Below are positions 40,510 through 50,964 of a stretch of 54,361 bases of DNA, in pieces (the stretch's first letter is position 1; every line of letters starts with the position of its first letter). Made by a program: the position numbers and the translations under genes. The DNA comes from a virus (lineage: Duplodnaviria > Heunggongvirae > Uroviricota > Caudoviricetes), in the IMG/VR virus record IMGVR_UViG_2925919700_000001. One strand, written 5' to 3'. The notes under the pieces were generated by a model. The model was not told the origin of the DNA and did not search any database. It saw nothing but the letters and a program-made list of their open reading frames with translations.

Positions 40510-41511
40510 TTAAGCTGTCGCAATTACGCCGATCGCCAGCGCACGATCGATAAAACGAAATATCAGCTCCAGCTGGGAGCCATACATCTCTTCAAATGCC
40601 ACGGTATCCGCATGCAGCTCGTCGTGATGCTTTCTGCACAAAGGCAACACAAAGAGGTCATGCGCTTTTGTTCCCATTCCACCCTGACCGTGACCTATCA
40701 GGTGGTGGGGATCATCAGCAGGCTTTCCACAACATGCACACGGCTGTGTCTTAACCCAGCGCGTGTACTTTTCATTAACCCAGCGGCGACGTTTTGGGCG
40801 TAACATAAAAGACTCCGGCGACTCCGGATCCACTTTCAGCGCCAGCACCTTTTTGGCTTTATCCTGGATGATGCTGGTGGCAGGAATCGAAGGCACAAGG
40901 TCACTTTCCCGGGTAACAGACGGCACAACAGGCTTCGGTAATCTCAGTGCCTTACGGGCTGCACTTTCCGGTAAGGCATCCGCCAGGTCATTACGAACCA
41001 GCCACCAGCACAGTTCCGGCATTGTCACAACGTGACTATCATCAAAACCGAGATCACGGCGCACAACAGATAACACCCAGCGGGCACAGTTATCCGTTGC
41101 CATTGATTCCAGCCGTTCCGTGAACTGATCGCGCAACTGGTTATCGCAGTGCCAGCACAGACGGATTGCGCCCGGCGCGTGCCGCATTGTGGTCATGTTC
41201 TCGCTGTGCCAGTCGGAATGAGGCCACTGGCAGCCTTTTTCACGAAGTAACCAGCTTTCAAGACATTCCACGCCACCAGCACGACGGATCACTGCCTCAT
41301 TGCGGAACACGGCCCGAACGGCAGGATCATCCGCCAGCGGTTGTGATGCCGCCGGAACGGCACCACTGGCGAAAGATGAATAACGCTCCGGCTCAGGCTC
41401 CAGCAGGACACGCCCCTGCATAAACAGGGGCATCAGCTCTGAACCTGGCCTGAACAATACGATCCCCATACGCGGGGCAATTTCAGGGGTCAGTAGTGCT
41501 CTCACGGTCAC
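40510..41511 (-). CDS. DUF968-like protein with C-terminal HNH-like Cys/His motif
   Basis: C-terminal ...CACCGKPADDPHHLIGHG...CRKHHDELH. Confidence 0.45.
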   Translation of the reverse strand: MTVRALLTPEIAPRMGIVLFRPGSELMPLFMQGRVLLEPEPERYSSFASGAVPAASQPLADDPAVRAVFRNEAVIRRAGGVECLESWLLREKGCQWPHSDWHSENMTTMRHAPGAIRLCWHCDNQLRDQFTERLESMATDNCARWVLSVVRRDLGFDDSHVVTMPELCWWLVRNDLADALPESAARKALRLPKPVVPSVTRESDLVPSIPATSIIQDKAKKVLALKVDPESPESFMLRPKRRRWVNEKYTRWVKTQPCACCGKPADDPHHLIGHGQGGMGTKAHDLFVLPLCRKHHDELHADTVAFEEMYGSQLELIFRFIDRALAIGVIATA

Positions 41512-41512
41512 C

Positions 41513-42322
41513 TCAATGAACGGTATCGAGCAGCTTTAACAGCTCAGGGAATCGGGATTCGAAGAAATGCGGCTGCGTCTCGCGCGGATTTGCGGGACTG
41601 GTGATGTTCTTGCCGAACATGCAACCTTTCGCTGTCAGCGACCAGAATTTTTTGATGTTGTTAATCGCGGTACGGCTGTATCGTTCGCGCTGCTCGACGA
41701 TCCCCAGTTTCACCATCTGGTGATATGCCTGATTAGCCGTCAGGCGGATACCATACTGTTTCAGCAGTGCACTCAGTGACAGTGTCGGGCGACTTGAGCC
41801 ATCGTGTGCATCAGCAGGAGCATCAATGGCATAGCGCGGTGCCAGATTCGGTAAGCCAACAGCCTCCTGGAGTTTCTGACAGGCACCAAGCACTGAAGAG
41901 TTAGACAGGTTTAACTCCCTGCGCATAAAGTCCAGCAGAATCACTCCAGCCTGCATCTTGTCAGCAGCCTGCCCGGATAATTTTTCCGGTGCGCTGGTTA
42001 CCATGTCGAAAGTACGGATCACCTTCAGATGGAATGACGGACTGATCCACATTGCATAGGCATACACCAGTTCCTTGCAGACATAAGTTCCCCGTTCATT
42101 TCCCCCATGAATCACACTCACCGGGTCAACACCCAAATTCTGGGTGTTGGTCAATTCATGAACAAGTTCAACAGTTTGTTGGCTGGAAAGAAACTTTCCT
42201 GGCTCCTTGGTTCTGGCATTTGCACCAGATGCTACTGCTGCGCGATGCAGATCGTTCAGGCTGTAACGCCCATAAACATCACGACGAACTTCAATACCAT
42301 CAATAACCATCAGATTATTCAT
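41513..42322 (-). CDS. KilA-N domain protein (antirepressor-like)
   Basis: N-terminal ...GTYVCKELVYAYAMWISPSFHLKVIRTF is a KilA-N-like pattern. Confidence 0.55.
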   Translation of the reverse strand: MNNLMVIDGIEVRRDVYGRYSLNDLHRAAVASGANARTKEPGKFLSSQQTVELVHELTNTQNLGVDPVSVIHGGNERGTYVCKELVYAYAMWISPSFHLKVIRTFDMVTSAPEKLSGQAADKMQAGVILLDFMRRELNLSNSSVLGACQKLQEAVGLPNLAPRYAIDAPADAHDGSSRPTLSLSALLKQYGIRLTANQAYHQMVKLGIVEQRERYSRTAINNIKKFWSLTAKGCMFGKNITSPANPRETQPHFFESRFPELLKLLDTVH

Positions 42323-42341
42323 ACTTCGTTTCTCCTCTTAA

Positions 42342-42731
42342 TCAGGCGGCTGCACCCGCCGGTTTCTCATACTTACTGATAGTGAGCTCGACCTTCCCTT
42401 CCGGGATAACCGGTCCCCACTCCACCAGCATTCTTTTCACCTGGCTGTCGTCTTCCCACACACCCGCGTGGGTCAGAACGTCAAACAGCGCCTTGTTATA
42501 GTTGTCCAGATCGCGGATCCTGTTATCCGGAGGAAACAACACGATCTCCACTGAAGCAGGTGCCGACGTTGGTTTCGGCAGACGACGTAACTGTTCAACT
42601 ATTGCTGCGCACGCCGCGCTCTGAAATTTTCGCCCCGCCGCGCTTATCAGGCTCTTACCTGCAAACGCCCCTTTGTTGGGGTGTCGCCAGTACGTGTTCA
42701 CGCTGGGCGGGAAAGGTAGGATCAGCTTCAT
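42342..42731 (-). CDS. rusA: RusA Holliday junction resolvase
   Basis: 129 aa; the PPSVNTYWRH...DLDNYNKALFDVLT...WEDDSQV motifs match RusA. Confidence 0.75.
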   Translation of the reverse strand: MKLILPFPPSVNTYWRHPNKGAFAGKSLISAAGRKFQSAACAAIVEQLRRLPKPTSAPASVEIVLFPPDNRIRDLDNYNKALFDVLTHAGVWEDDSQVKRMLVEWGPVIPEGKVELTISKYEKPAGAAA

Positions 42732-43054
42732 ACTTTCAGGCCCCTCTCATGTAACCAGTGGGCTGCACGCAGCCTGGCGTTTTCCTCACCGGCAAGCAGT
42801 GAGCGGATAATCCCGACCGCCTCGCTGTCGTCGTCCTTCACCGCGGTATGAAGAGTGATACCCCGGGCCACGCCACGCTTTATCGTGATGACGCCTTTTT
42901 TCTCCAGTGCGCGAAGATGTTCCACCGCTGCATTCACTGAACGGTATCCCAGCATGGTTGCCACCTCCTGATTGGTTGGCGGAAAGCCACGTTCTTGCTG
43001 GTAAGAAATCAGCATATCCAGCACCTGCTGCTGGCATTGAGTTAACGTCGTCAT
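42728..43054 (-). CDS. LexA-like winged-helix DNA-binding protein
   Basis: LTQCQQQVLDMLISYQQERGFPPTNQEVATMLGYRSVNAAVEHLRALEKKGVI resembles the LexA N-terminal domain. Confidence 0.5.
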   Translation of the reverse strand: MTTLTQCQQQVLDMLISYQQERGFPPTNQEVATMLGYRSVNAAVEHLRALEKKGVITIKRGVARGITLHTAVKDDDSEAVGIIRSLLAGEENARLRAAHWLHERGLKV

Positions 43055-43704
43055 GCCGCCATCTCCCTGACAAGTTTTTCTGCCTGCTGGCGAACCTGCG
43101 CCAGAAAGGCCTCACCACATGCCTCAAGTTCATCGCGCCCGATGTAGCTGATTGCCGGTCCCTTCCAGGTCTTGTCGAAAACGGCAATAGCACCAGCGAA
43201 GAAAGCACCGGTTGGCACCTGCTTCTCGTCTTTCGGGATAAACCAGGCAGGCAGTTCAAAACCAATACGCCCGCGAATAAAAGCAATATGATCCGCATCT
43301 TCCGGCCACCACACTTCGCTGGTGGCAGCTTTGATCAGGAAAACATAGCGCCCGCCCTTATCACGCATGGCACTGGCATGTTTCATGATGTAACGCATGC
43401 CGGTGATGTATTGCCCCTCATGCTGACTGGCGCGGCTGTATGGAGGATTTCCAAAGGCAGCACCTTTAAGCTCCGCAAGACGTTCTGACCAGTCATGCGC
43501 CAGCGCGTTGTCTTCCGCCGTGTAATACGCGGCACATTTGGCGTTATCACCGTCAGTAAACAGATCCAGAACAAACGGGCCAAACAGGGTGTTAATTCCC
43601 CAGAAAATGTTGTCCGGTGTGCGCCACTGATCGCCCACTTCCTTCAGTTCATGGGCTGGTTTGTTTCGCAACTCCACCAGCGCCTGGCAATATTTATTAC
43701 TCAT
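43051..43704 (-). CDS. Phage N6-adenine DNA methyltransferase (Dam-like)
   Basis: DQWRTPDNIF...FGNPPY motif IV (NPPY); start at MSNKYCQ. Confidence 0.65.
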   Translation of the reverse strand: MSNKYCQALVELRNKPAHELKEVGDQWRTPDNIFWGINTLFGPFVLDLFTDGDNAKCAAYYTAEDNALAHDWSERLAELKGAAFGNPPYSRASQHEGQYITGMRYIMKHASAMRDKGGRYVFLIKAATSEVWWPEDADHIAFIRGRIGFELPAWFIPKDEKQVPTGAFFAGAIAVFDKTWKGPAISYIGRDELEACGEAFLAQVRQQAEKLVREMAA

Positions 43705-44192
43705 TAAGCCCCCACGTAATTCCCTGACAGATACCACTCTTCACCCGATGCAGCGCGCTTGCTGCTTTTCCGTAAGCACCGCTCACGACGCGCCAGAAAA
43801 TTGTTTCGCTCTTGCTGGGAGTGGCTTTCACGGAATGCCGCCATCCACACCGTTGCAGCACGACGGTATAAGCCCCTGGACTCCAGTTCTTCCGCCTGGC
43901 GAGTCAGGCTCAAAATCTCCCGCGGGTCGTTAGTGCCGACATAGAACTTGCGCACAGGTCTGGTTTCACGAACTGGTTGTGGTTCCGGCTCCTGCGCTCT
44001 CTCAGTCAGGCGTGGGAAATGTCTGCGTGTATCTCCTTCACAACGGTGAGCCACACGCCCACTCTGACGTAACTTGCTTGCTGACTGCAGAACGCGCTGC
44101 CGTGAGTAACCTGCAAAAGCATCCGCAATGTCTCCGGAAGTACACCCCGGATGGGCTTCAATGAATTTCTGAACTTCATTCAAAAGACTCAT
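43704..44192 (-). CDS. Hypothetical regulatory protein (possibly PerC-like)
   Basis: 162 aa; ...LESRGLYRRAATVWMAAF... is weakly PerC-like. Confidence 0.3.
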   Translation of the reverse strand: MSLLNEVQKFIEAHPGCTSGDIADAFAGYSRQRVLQSASKLRQSGRVAHRCEGDTRRHFPRLTERAQEPEPQPVRETRPVRKFYVGTNDPREILSLTRQAEELESRGLYRRAATVWMAAFRESHSQQERNNFLARRERCLRKSSKRAASGEEWYLSGNYVGA

Positions 44193-44194
44193 GA

Positions 44195-45011
44195 TTACCC
44201 CCTGAATCCTGCCGGGATCTGGCTGTAGTCCACGTTGTCGTAACTGGCTTTGAAGTACGGGTCCTCGCGTCTGGCTGCAGATACCGCAGGAACTTCCCAG
44301 GATTCTTCGAAATGACGATCCGGACCAAAGAACGTGACAGCCTGTTTCACAAATTGTGTGCCGCTGTTACCCATCGCAGATACCCAGCCCGCGTAGCGTT
44401 TCACACCTTCCAGCATGGTTTCGGGTTTTACCCCCTCATTCAAACGGGCTTTCCAGGCTTTGAAGGCTGCAGATTTTGAATTGCCACCAGCACGTTTGGG
44501 GTATGCCAGCCATGCCTGCTCAAACTCCGGAGAGTATTCCGGTCGGTTTGAACGAACTCGCACGGACTCATCAACTGATGCACCAACAGCTATTGGTTCA
44601 TTGACTGGTTCTTTGACTGGTTCAAAAGAGTGACTGGTTCTGGGTGAATCTCCTGCACTACCCCCTGGTGCAACTCCTGCACTACCTGGTGAATTTGCTG
44701 CACCAGATAGTGAATTATTTGCACTACCCCTAGTGAATCTCCTGCACCATCCAGATGAAGGAGATAGATATTACTTGAGTTACCTTTTTCACCTTTCCGG
44801 GTGACTTTTTTACCAGCCCGGACTCACAAAGGGCCGCAATATGATTCATCACAGAACGTTTGCTAATCTCGCACTGGTCAGCAATATGCTGGTAGCTGGG
44901 CCAGCACTCCCCCTGATCGCTGGCATTATCAGCCAGCTTGATCAGAACCAGTTTTCGCAATGGATTTCCCACTCGAATTTTCATCGCTTTAACCATCAGC
45001 TCCATACTCAT
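44195..45011 (-). CDS. O: Replication initiator O-like, with in-gene iterons; N- and C-terminal parts are in different frames (possible frameshift)
   Basis: N-terminal HTH part (44730-45011) and C-terminal O-like part (44195-44563) separated by an iteron-encoded Gly/Ser/Ala-rich linker; frames overlap ~40 nt near 44730-44770. Confidence 0.5.
44644..44751. repeat. Iterons (about 5 tandem ~22-bp repeats, core GTGAAT..CTGCAC) inside the O-like gene, ori candidate
   Basis: ggtgaatctcctgcactacc / ggtgcaactcctgcactacc / ggtgaatttgctgcaccaga / agtgaattatttgcactacc / agtgaatctcctgcaccatcc. Confidence 0.6.
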
Positions 45012-45244
45012 GCTGCACCTCCGAGATGCTTCATGTTTTTTCCGGAGCGAAAGGCTATAAGCGGCATACTGACGCGATAATTACGGCCCAGCGGTTCACA
45101 AATCACCTTCTGACATTCACGGTCAACCAGGCTGACACGTAGAACATGCCCTGCAGGCGTGGTGTACCACTGACCGGGGCGAGGACAACGGAAAGTCTGA
45201 TTGGTAAACCGTTTGAAAATATTCCGGATCATTTGCGCCCCCAT
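45008..45244 (-). CDS. Hypothetical 78-aa protein
   Basis: ORF coupled to the O-like gene. Confidence 0.25.
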   Translation of the reverse strand: MGAQMIRNIFKRFTNQTFRCPRPGQWYTTPAGHVLRVSLVDRECQKVICEPLGRNYRVSMPLIAFRSGKNMKHLGGAA

Positions 45245-46380
45245 ACCTCTGAAGGGTTCAGCGACAAATTTATGAGGCAGGCCAGTGCCGAAGCATCATT
45301 AATATAGTCATACAAGCTAACAGCCAGCGGAGATTCGGCTTTTGCCAACATAGGATAAAGCTGCTGCAGCCAGACCTGATGAATTGATGAAATGTAGGAA
45401 CAGAGAACGCTGGCGTTATGTGCAACGTCGCTCGGTACAGAGGGCTTTGAAAGCTGTTTCTCCATCTGGTTAAAGGCATTGATGTATGCCTCCTTGAACT
45501 GGGCAGCACGTTTACCCGTGAAACCCATAGCAAGAAACGCAAAACCGTCGCGTGTGATTTGGTAGCAAGGAAGTTTGCGACCTGTGCAATCAGTGTAATC
45601 ACTCACCGAAAAATTGCGGGCAGTGAATGATGCTGAGCATTCAAGCGTGCGGATCTTTTTCAGTACATCGTCATGACGTTTGGAGAAGAAGTTGGCAACA
45701 GCCAAGGATGAAGTAACAGCCTGACCATCAACGATGGCAATTTCAGGTTGAGTGAGGGTTGGGATCGTAGCCATGATGGCAGCCTCTTTGGTGATTTTTA
45801 ATAACTCACCACCAAGGCTTTCCACGACCTTATTGGTGGTGAGACGTACAGGGGTGGAAATACCGGTCACCAAAGAACCCGGCCCAACCGAAGTTGGCCC
45901 TGCACGCCCCACCATAATTTGGGCGTAATGCTGCTCATGACACAAAAAAACCGCAAGAGCGCGGTTGTGCGCTTTGGTGAATTCCGGGTTTCCACGCCCG
46001 GCACCCGTTTTATAAGGTGCCTGAACAGTGTAACGTCCCGGAATGGCAGAATCAATGTGCTGGTGGTCCTTCACACTCAACAAAATCACGCCTGAATTTC
46101 CACAAAGGACTAAAGCACTCATGCGGGTAGTCTTTGCGAAGATAGATAACGCGCTGTGTTTCTGGCTCCCAACGAATAACATGAACATAAAGTCCTCTTC
46201 CGTCACGAAACCAGCGGTTAAGTTCCTGCACAACTCGCCCCCCACAGTCAGGTAAAGTTCTCTGTGGTTACTTACAGCCAGGTGATTTGGTAATCTGCAT
46301 TCATGCCATAACAACCGGTGTTCAGCGACGCTGACCACCGGTTGTTGCGACAAACGGTTATTTGCCGTTAAACTGTTCAT
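45229..46380 (-). CDS. Rha-family phage regulatory protein (Rha domain in the C-terminal half; the N-terminal 200 aa may not be translated)
   Basis: From MATIPTLTQPEIAIVDGQAVTSSLAVANFFSKRHDDVLKKIR... the sequence is Rha-like; the internal start would be about 45774. Confidence 0.45.
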   Translation of the reverse strand: MNSLTANNRLSQQPVVSVAEHRLLWHECRLPNHLAVSNHRELYLTVGGELCRNLTAGFVTEEDFMFMLFVGSQKHSALSIFAKTTRMSALVLCGNSGVILLSVKDHQHIDSAIPGRYTVQAPYKTGAGRGNPEFTKAHNRALAVFLCHEQHYAQIMVGRAGPTSVGPGSLVTGISTPVRLTTNKVVESLGGELLKITKEAAIMATIPTLTQPEIAIVDGQAVTSSLAVANFFSKRHDDVLKKIRTLECSASFTARNFSVSDYTDCTGRKLPCYQITRDGFAFLAMGFTGKRAAQFKEAYINAFNQMEKQLSKPSVPSDVAHNASVLCSYISSIHQVWLQQLYPMLAKAESPLAVSLYDYINDASALACLINLSLNPSEVWGRK

Positions 46381-46928
46381 GCGTTAGTTTCTCCACAGAC
46401 ACAAAACGCCACGACGCCCGGAGCTGCACACTCGCGGGCGTCACTCTTTTCTGGAGCGCAAAAGATTTTGTAGACCAGTGCTGCATGCTCCTGGAGCTTC
46501 GAAATTGACAGATACAACTCATCATTAATTGCTGTCTGCTCGTGTGGCTCCACGACCCCATCTTCGATTGCCGAACGAATCTGCTTTGAGTAACTCCCGA
46601 TCTGTTCGATGACTTCCAGCAGGCGCTGGTTTATATCGGCGTTCTCTACTTCCTCAATTTCAGGAAGCGATACGAACACCCCACCAGCAGACTGTGCGAC
46701 AGCATCCGCAATGTAGTGAGTGCCAGCCGCGCGCTGTAAAACCATTGCCCATCCCAACGGAAAAAACTGATCACCATCGGCACGAAGGCGATTAAATAAT
46801 GCGTTCTCTGTTACATCCAGCCAATCAGCAGCTTCAGCGTAACCACCTGGCAATGCCGCGATAGTTTTTCTGACAGCTTTCACGTACCAGTCAGGTTGTT
46901 TTTCCACTTTCCAGTGATGCTTACCCAC
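46377..46928 (-). CDS. CII/YdaT-like regulatory protein
   Basis: 183-aa ORF directly downstream of the cro-like gene; weak family resemblance only. Confidence 0.35.
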   Translation of the reverse strand: MGKHHWKVEKQPDWYVKAVRKTIAALPGGYAEAADWLDVTENALFNRLRADGDQFFPLGWAMVLQRAAGTHYIADAVAQSAGGVFVSLPEIEEVENADINQRLLEVIEQIGSYSKQIRSAIEDGVVEPHEQTAINDELYLSISKLQEHAALVYKIFCAPEKSDARECAAPGVVAFCVCGETNA

Positions 46929-47181
46929 GGCTTACCTCCTGTTCCTGTGGTTTAAACCCATTCTGGTTTTGGCTAGATTGAAAACGTGCCGGATAAAGAA
47001 TCTGCATTTCGCTGATTTCACCCTTAAAAAAATTGGCCAGACGTTCTGCAAGGTCGATAGATGGAATTTGTTCCAGTCTTTCAATACGACTCAGCGTCGC
47101 TGGATTGACCTGAACGCCCGCAGCAACATGCTGCAAAGTAAATCCGTGCGCTTTACGCACATTCCGTAATGGTGATTGCAT
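46921..47181 (-). CDS. cro: Cro-like HTH (XRE family) regulator
   Basis: 86 aa, HTH (GFTLQHVAAGVQVNPATLSRIERLEQIPSIDLAERLANFF), divergent from the cI-like gene. Confidence 0.7.
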   Translation of the reverse strand: MQSPLRNVRKAHGFTLQHVAAGVQVNPATLSRIERLEQIPSIDLAERLANFFKGEISEMQILYPARFQSSQNQNGFKPQEQEVSRG

Positions 47182-47195
47182 ATAACCTCCACATA

Positions 47196-47258
47196 TTGCG
47201 TGATAAGCATATTATTTCACGCAAATATTTTGCGCAAGTTGATTTGCTTAACGCGCAA
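47196..47258. promoter_or_regulatory. Operator/promoter region of the immunity switch, with palindromic TTGCG(T/C) half-sites
   Basis: TTGCGTGA-13 bp-TCACGCAA (47196-47224), palindrome TTGCGCAA (47230-47237) and ACGCGCAA (47251-47258) between divergent cro and cI. Confidence 0.55.
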
Positions 47259-47278
47259 TAAAGAAATGTAATAAACGC

Positions 47279-47971
47279 ATGAACATAGGAAATCGAGTCA
47301 GACAACTTCGCCAGGCGAAGAACATGAAAATCGCCGATCTCGCTGAAGCAATAGGAGTGGATGCGGCGAATATCTCACGCCTGGAAACAGGTAAGCAGAA
47401 ACAATTCACTGAACAAGCCCTGAGTAATATTGCCAGGAGCTTAGGTGTTGATATTGCTGATCTCTTTACCTCAGACTTCAAAAGTAATACTGTATGTAAA
47501 AACAGTATTAGTGAGGATGTTGCGCAGGTGAAGGATGTATTCCGTATTGAAATGCTGGATGTCAGTGCCAGTGCGGGAAATGGCCTTATCCAGGGCGGTG
47601 ATGTCATTGATGTGATTCATGCCATCGAATACAGAACTGATAATGCTGTATCAATGTTCGGCGGACGACCAGCCAATCACATCAAAGTTATCAACGTTCG
47701 TGGGGACAGTATGTGTCCAACCATTGAGCCAGGAGATCTCATCTTCGTTGATGTCAGTATCAATCAGTTTGATGGAGATGGTATCTATGTATTTGGTTTT
47801 GATGATAAAATTTATGTCAAACGACTGCAAATGATACCTGACAAACTACTGGTGATTTCTGATAACCAGATTTACCGTGAATGGGGAATTACCAGCGAAA
47901 ATGAACACCGGTTTATGGTCTTTGGAAAGGTCTTAATCAGCCAGTCACAAACCCTTAAGCGACACAATTAA
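47279..47971 (+). CDS. cI: CI-like repressor (HTH plus S24 LexA-type peptidase domain)
   Basis: N-terminal HTH; C-terminal GDSM...VKRL Ser/Lys dyad pattern of S24 autopeptidases. Confidence 0.8.
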   Translation: MNIGNRVRQLRQAKNMKIADLAEAIGVDAANISRLETGKQKQFTEQALSNIARSLGVDIADLFTSDFKSNTVCKNSISEDVAQVKDVFRIEMLDVSASAGNGLIQGGDVIDVIHAIEYRTDNAVSMFGGRPANHIKVINVRGDSMCPTIEPGDLIFVDVSINQFDGDGIYVFGFDDKIYVKRLQMIPDKLLVISDNQIYREWGITSENEHRFMVFGKVLISQSQTLKRHN

Positions 47972-48693
47972 CCCTTACCTCCTCATCAATTAGCCACCCG
48001 AAGGTGGCTTTTCATTACCCACAAAATTGCATATCTCGCAATAAAAATACTTGCATAATGCGCAACTTCATTTTATCTTTCTTTCCAGACCAACAAACAA
48101 GGTACTAACAAAATTTGGTTGTAACACGGCGTATGGCACATGCGTCGTTAGCGGTCTGGTGACGTTAAAGGGGACAATCCACTCCTTGCTCGGGCAAACA
48201 AACCAGGTAGCCGGAATGTGCAAGTCAATGATGATGCTGATAAGACGCCTAACCAGCGTGGCGATTCGGTTTGACGCCTGGGAAGAGACCAGGGTGCAAC
48301 GATGAGGGCATTTATGGAACCGCGACAAAGTGTGGTGCCGTAACTGGCTAAGTGCTCTCAGCGTTGTGGTGAATGCGCAGGCTGATGCGCGAAAGACATT
48401 GCAGCTATTGCGGAAAAGAGCTGTTCGGCGGGGCAATTAAACGCCCGTGAGAGTCTGAAATAACCGCAAGCCGGAGATCAGCACCGGTCACCACAACAGC
48501 CACTGCTTTGGCGGTACCAGTTTGTACACTTGCTTCCGGCTGGTACCGCTCTTTTTACAAAACAGAGAAGAGCATCACCGGACGACGGGCTCATAACCCA
48601 ATCCATCCGGGCGGCTGCCACCGCAGGTGTTCTTCTCTGTTTTGTGGAGAAACTAACCGACCTTGCAGGGTCGATATGATGAGGAGCAGCAAA

Positions 48694-49056
48694 ATGGCTA
48701 GCGAACGCAGTACTGATGTGCAGGCATTTATCGGGGAGCTGGACGGCGGCGTATTTGAAACCAAAATCGGCGCAGTTCTCAGTGAAGTCGCTTCCGGTGT
48801 GATGAACACGAAAACCAAAGGTAAGGTCTCGCTCAACCTGGAAATCGAACCATTTGATGAGAACCGTGTGAAAATCAAACACAAACTCTCATATGTTCGC
48901 CCGACTAACCGCGGGAAAATTTCCGAAGAAGACACCACCGAAACACCGATGTATGTCAATCGCGGTGGTCGCCTGACTATTCTGCAGGAAGACCAGGGAC
49001 AATTACTGACTCTTGCCGGTGAACCTGACGGAAAACTACGCGCAGCAGGTCATTAA
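48694..49056 (+). CDS. YfdP-like early-left protein
   Basis: 120 aa from the ATG with a GAGGAG RBS; followed by YfdQ/R/S/T-like genes in the CPS-53 order. Confidence 0.4.
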   Translation: MASERSTDVQAFIGELDGGVFETKIGAVLSEVASGVMNTKTKGKVSLNLEIEPFDENRVKIKHKLSYVRPTNRGKISEEDTTETPMYVNRGGRLTILQEDQGQLLTLAGEPDGKLRAAGH

Positions 49057-49121
49057 TATCGTTCTTAATTAACTGATTATTTATCTCATCACTGAATATC
49101 TTAATATAGTGAGGACTTATT

Positions 49122-49946
49122 ATGTCTCAGAACTTAGACGCAACCGCAATTAATCAAATCCATGCCCTTATTTCTGCTCAGGGTGTTAATGAAATTATCA
49201 GTAAGATTGGTGCCGATGCTGTGGCATTGCCTGAGAATTTCCGCATTCATGATCTGGAAAAATTTAATTTAAATCGCTTCCGTTTCCGTGGTGCGCTTTC
49301 CACTGCCAGCATCGATGACTTTACCCGTTATTCTAAAGATCTTGCAGATGAAGGTACCCGCTGCTTTATCGATGCTGATAATATGCGTGCCGTCAGTGTG
49401 CTTAACCTGGGTACTATTGATGAACCAGGTCACGCAGATAACACCGCCACTCTCAAACTGAAAAAGACAGCACCGTTCTCTGCACTGTTGTCTGTTAACA
49501 GCGAGCGTAACTCCCAGAAGTCACTGGCAGAATGGATTGAAGACTGGGCCGACTACCTTGTGGGTTTTGATGCTAATGGTGACGCTATCCAGGCAACAAA
49601 AGCGGCTGCGGCTGTCCGTAAAATCACGATTGAAGCAAACCAGACCGCTGATTTTGAAGATAATGACTTCAGCGGCAAACGCTCCCTGATGGAGTCTGTC
49701 GAAGCGAAGACCAAAGACATTATGCCAGTGGCATTTGAATTTAAATGCGTTCCGTTTGAAGGTCTGAAAGAACGTTCGTTTAAATTACGCCTCAGCATTA
49801 TCACTGGCGATCGTCCTGTACTTGTTCTGCGCATTATTCAGCTGGAGGCGGTGCAGGAAGAAATGGCTAATGAATTTCGCGATCTGCTTGTTGAGAAATT
49901 CAAAGACAGCAAAGTAGAAACCTTTATTGGTACTTTCACCGCCTGA
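49122..49946 (+). CDS. YfdQ-like protein (DUF2303)
   Basis: 274 aa, same size and order as CPS-53 yfdQ. Confidence 0.5.
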   Translation: MSQNLDATAINQIHALISAQGVNEIISKIGADAVALPENFRIHDLEKFNLNRFRFRGALSTASIDDFTRYSKDLADEGTRCFIDADNMRAVSVLNLGTIDEPGHADNTATLKLKKTAPFSALLSVNSERNSQKSLAEWIEDWADYLVGFDANGDAIQATKAAAAVRKITIEANQTADFEDNDFSGKRSLMESVEAKTKDIMPVAFEFKCVPFEGLKERSFKLRLSIITGDRPVLVLRIIQLEAVQEEMANEFRDLLVEKFKDSKVETFIGTFTA

Positions 49947-50074
49947 TTTCATTACTGAAAATGCCCCTGCGGGGGCATTTATGGAAACGTAATTAACTCA
50001 ATAATCGCCGGATGGTGAGGGCTTCCTTTTACCAGAATTCAGTGCGGTGCAGCGCAAATAACGTGGAGAACAAA

Positions 50075-50611
50075 ATGTCATTTATTAAAACTTTTTCCGG
50101 GAAGCATTTTTATTATGACAGGATAAATAAAGCCGACATCGTTATTAACGATATCGCGGTTTCCCTTTCAAATATCTGTCGCTTTGCAGGACATCTTTCA
50201 CACTTCTACAGCGTCGCCCAACATGCGGTTCTTTGCAGCCAACTGGTACCGCAGGAATTTGCTTTTGAAGCGTTAATGCATGATGCAACAGAAGCGTATT
50301 GCCAGGACATCCCCGCTCCACTGAAACGCCTTCTTCCTGACTATAAACAGATGGAAGAAAAAATAGACGCCGTAATCCGTGAGAAATACGGGTTACCCCC
50401 AGTTATGAGTACGCCCGTGAAATATGCCGATCTCATCATGCTGGCAACCGAACGCCGCGATCTCGGGCTTGATGATGGCTCTTTCTGGCCTGTACTGGAA
50501 GGCATCCCGGCAACAGAGATGTTCAACGTGATTCCACTGGCACCGGGCCACGCCTACGGGATGTTTATGGAACGTTTTAACGAGTTATCGGAGTTACGCA
50601 AATGCGCATGA
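50075..50611 (+). CDS. YfdR-like HD-domain phosphohydrolase
   Basis: 178 aa from MSFIK; HD-like motifs (H..HD) in FAGHLSHFYSVAQHAVL...LMHDATEAY. Confidence 0.55.
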   Translation: MSFIKTFSGKHFYYDRINKADIVINDIAVSLSNICRFAGHLSHFYSVAQHAVLCSQLVPQEFAFEALMHDATEAYCQDIPAPLKRLLPDYKQMEEKIDAVIREKYGLPPVMSTPVKYADLIMLATERRDLGLDDGSFWPVLEGIPATEMFNVIPLAPGHAYGMFMERFNELSELRKCA

Positions 50612-50964
50612 ATGTTTTCGAAATGGAAGGGTTTCTTCGCGGGAAATGTGTACCGCGAGATCTGAAAGTGAACGAAACAAATGCTGAGTACCTGGTACGT
50701 AAATTCGACGCGCTTGAAGCTAAATGTGCGGCACTGGAAAACAAAATAATACCAGTGTCAGCTGAACTGCCACCAGCAAATGAAAGTGTTCTGTTATTTG
50801 ATGCTAACGGAGAAGGCTGGCTGATTGGCTGGCGTTCTCTCTGGTACACCTGGGAACAAAAAGAAACCGGAGAATGGCAGTGGACATTTCAGGTCGGGGA
50901 CCTTGAAAACGTCAATATCACTTACTGGGCAGTAATGCCGAAAGCACCAGAGACTAAGAAATGA
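50602..50964 (+). CDS. YfdS-like protein (DUF551)
   Basis: 120 aa; CPS-53 order. Confidence 0.4.
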   Translation: MRMNVFEMEGFLRGKCVPRDLKVNETNAEYLVRKFDALEAKCAALENKIIPVSAELPPANESVLLFDANGEGWLIGWRSLWYTWEQKETGEWQWTFQVGDLENVNITYWAVMPKAPETKK

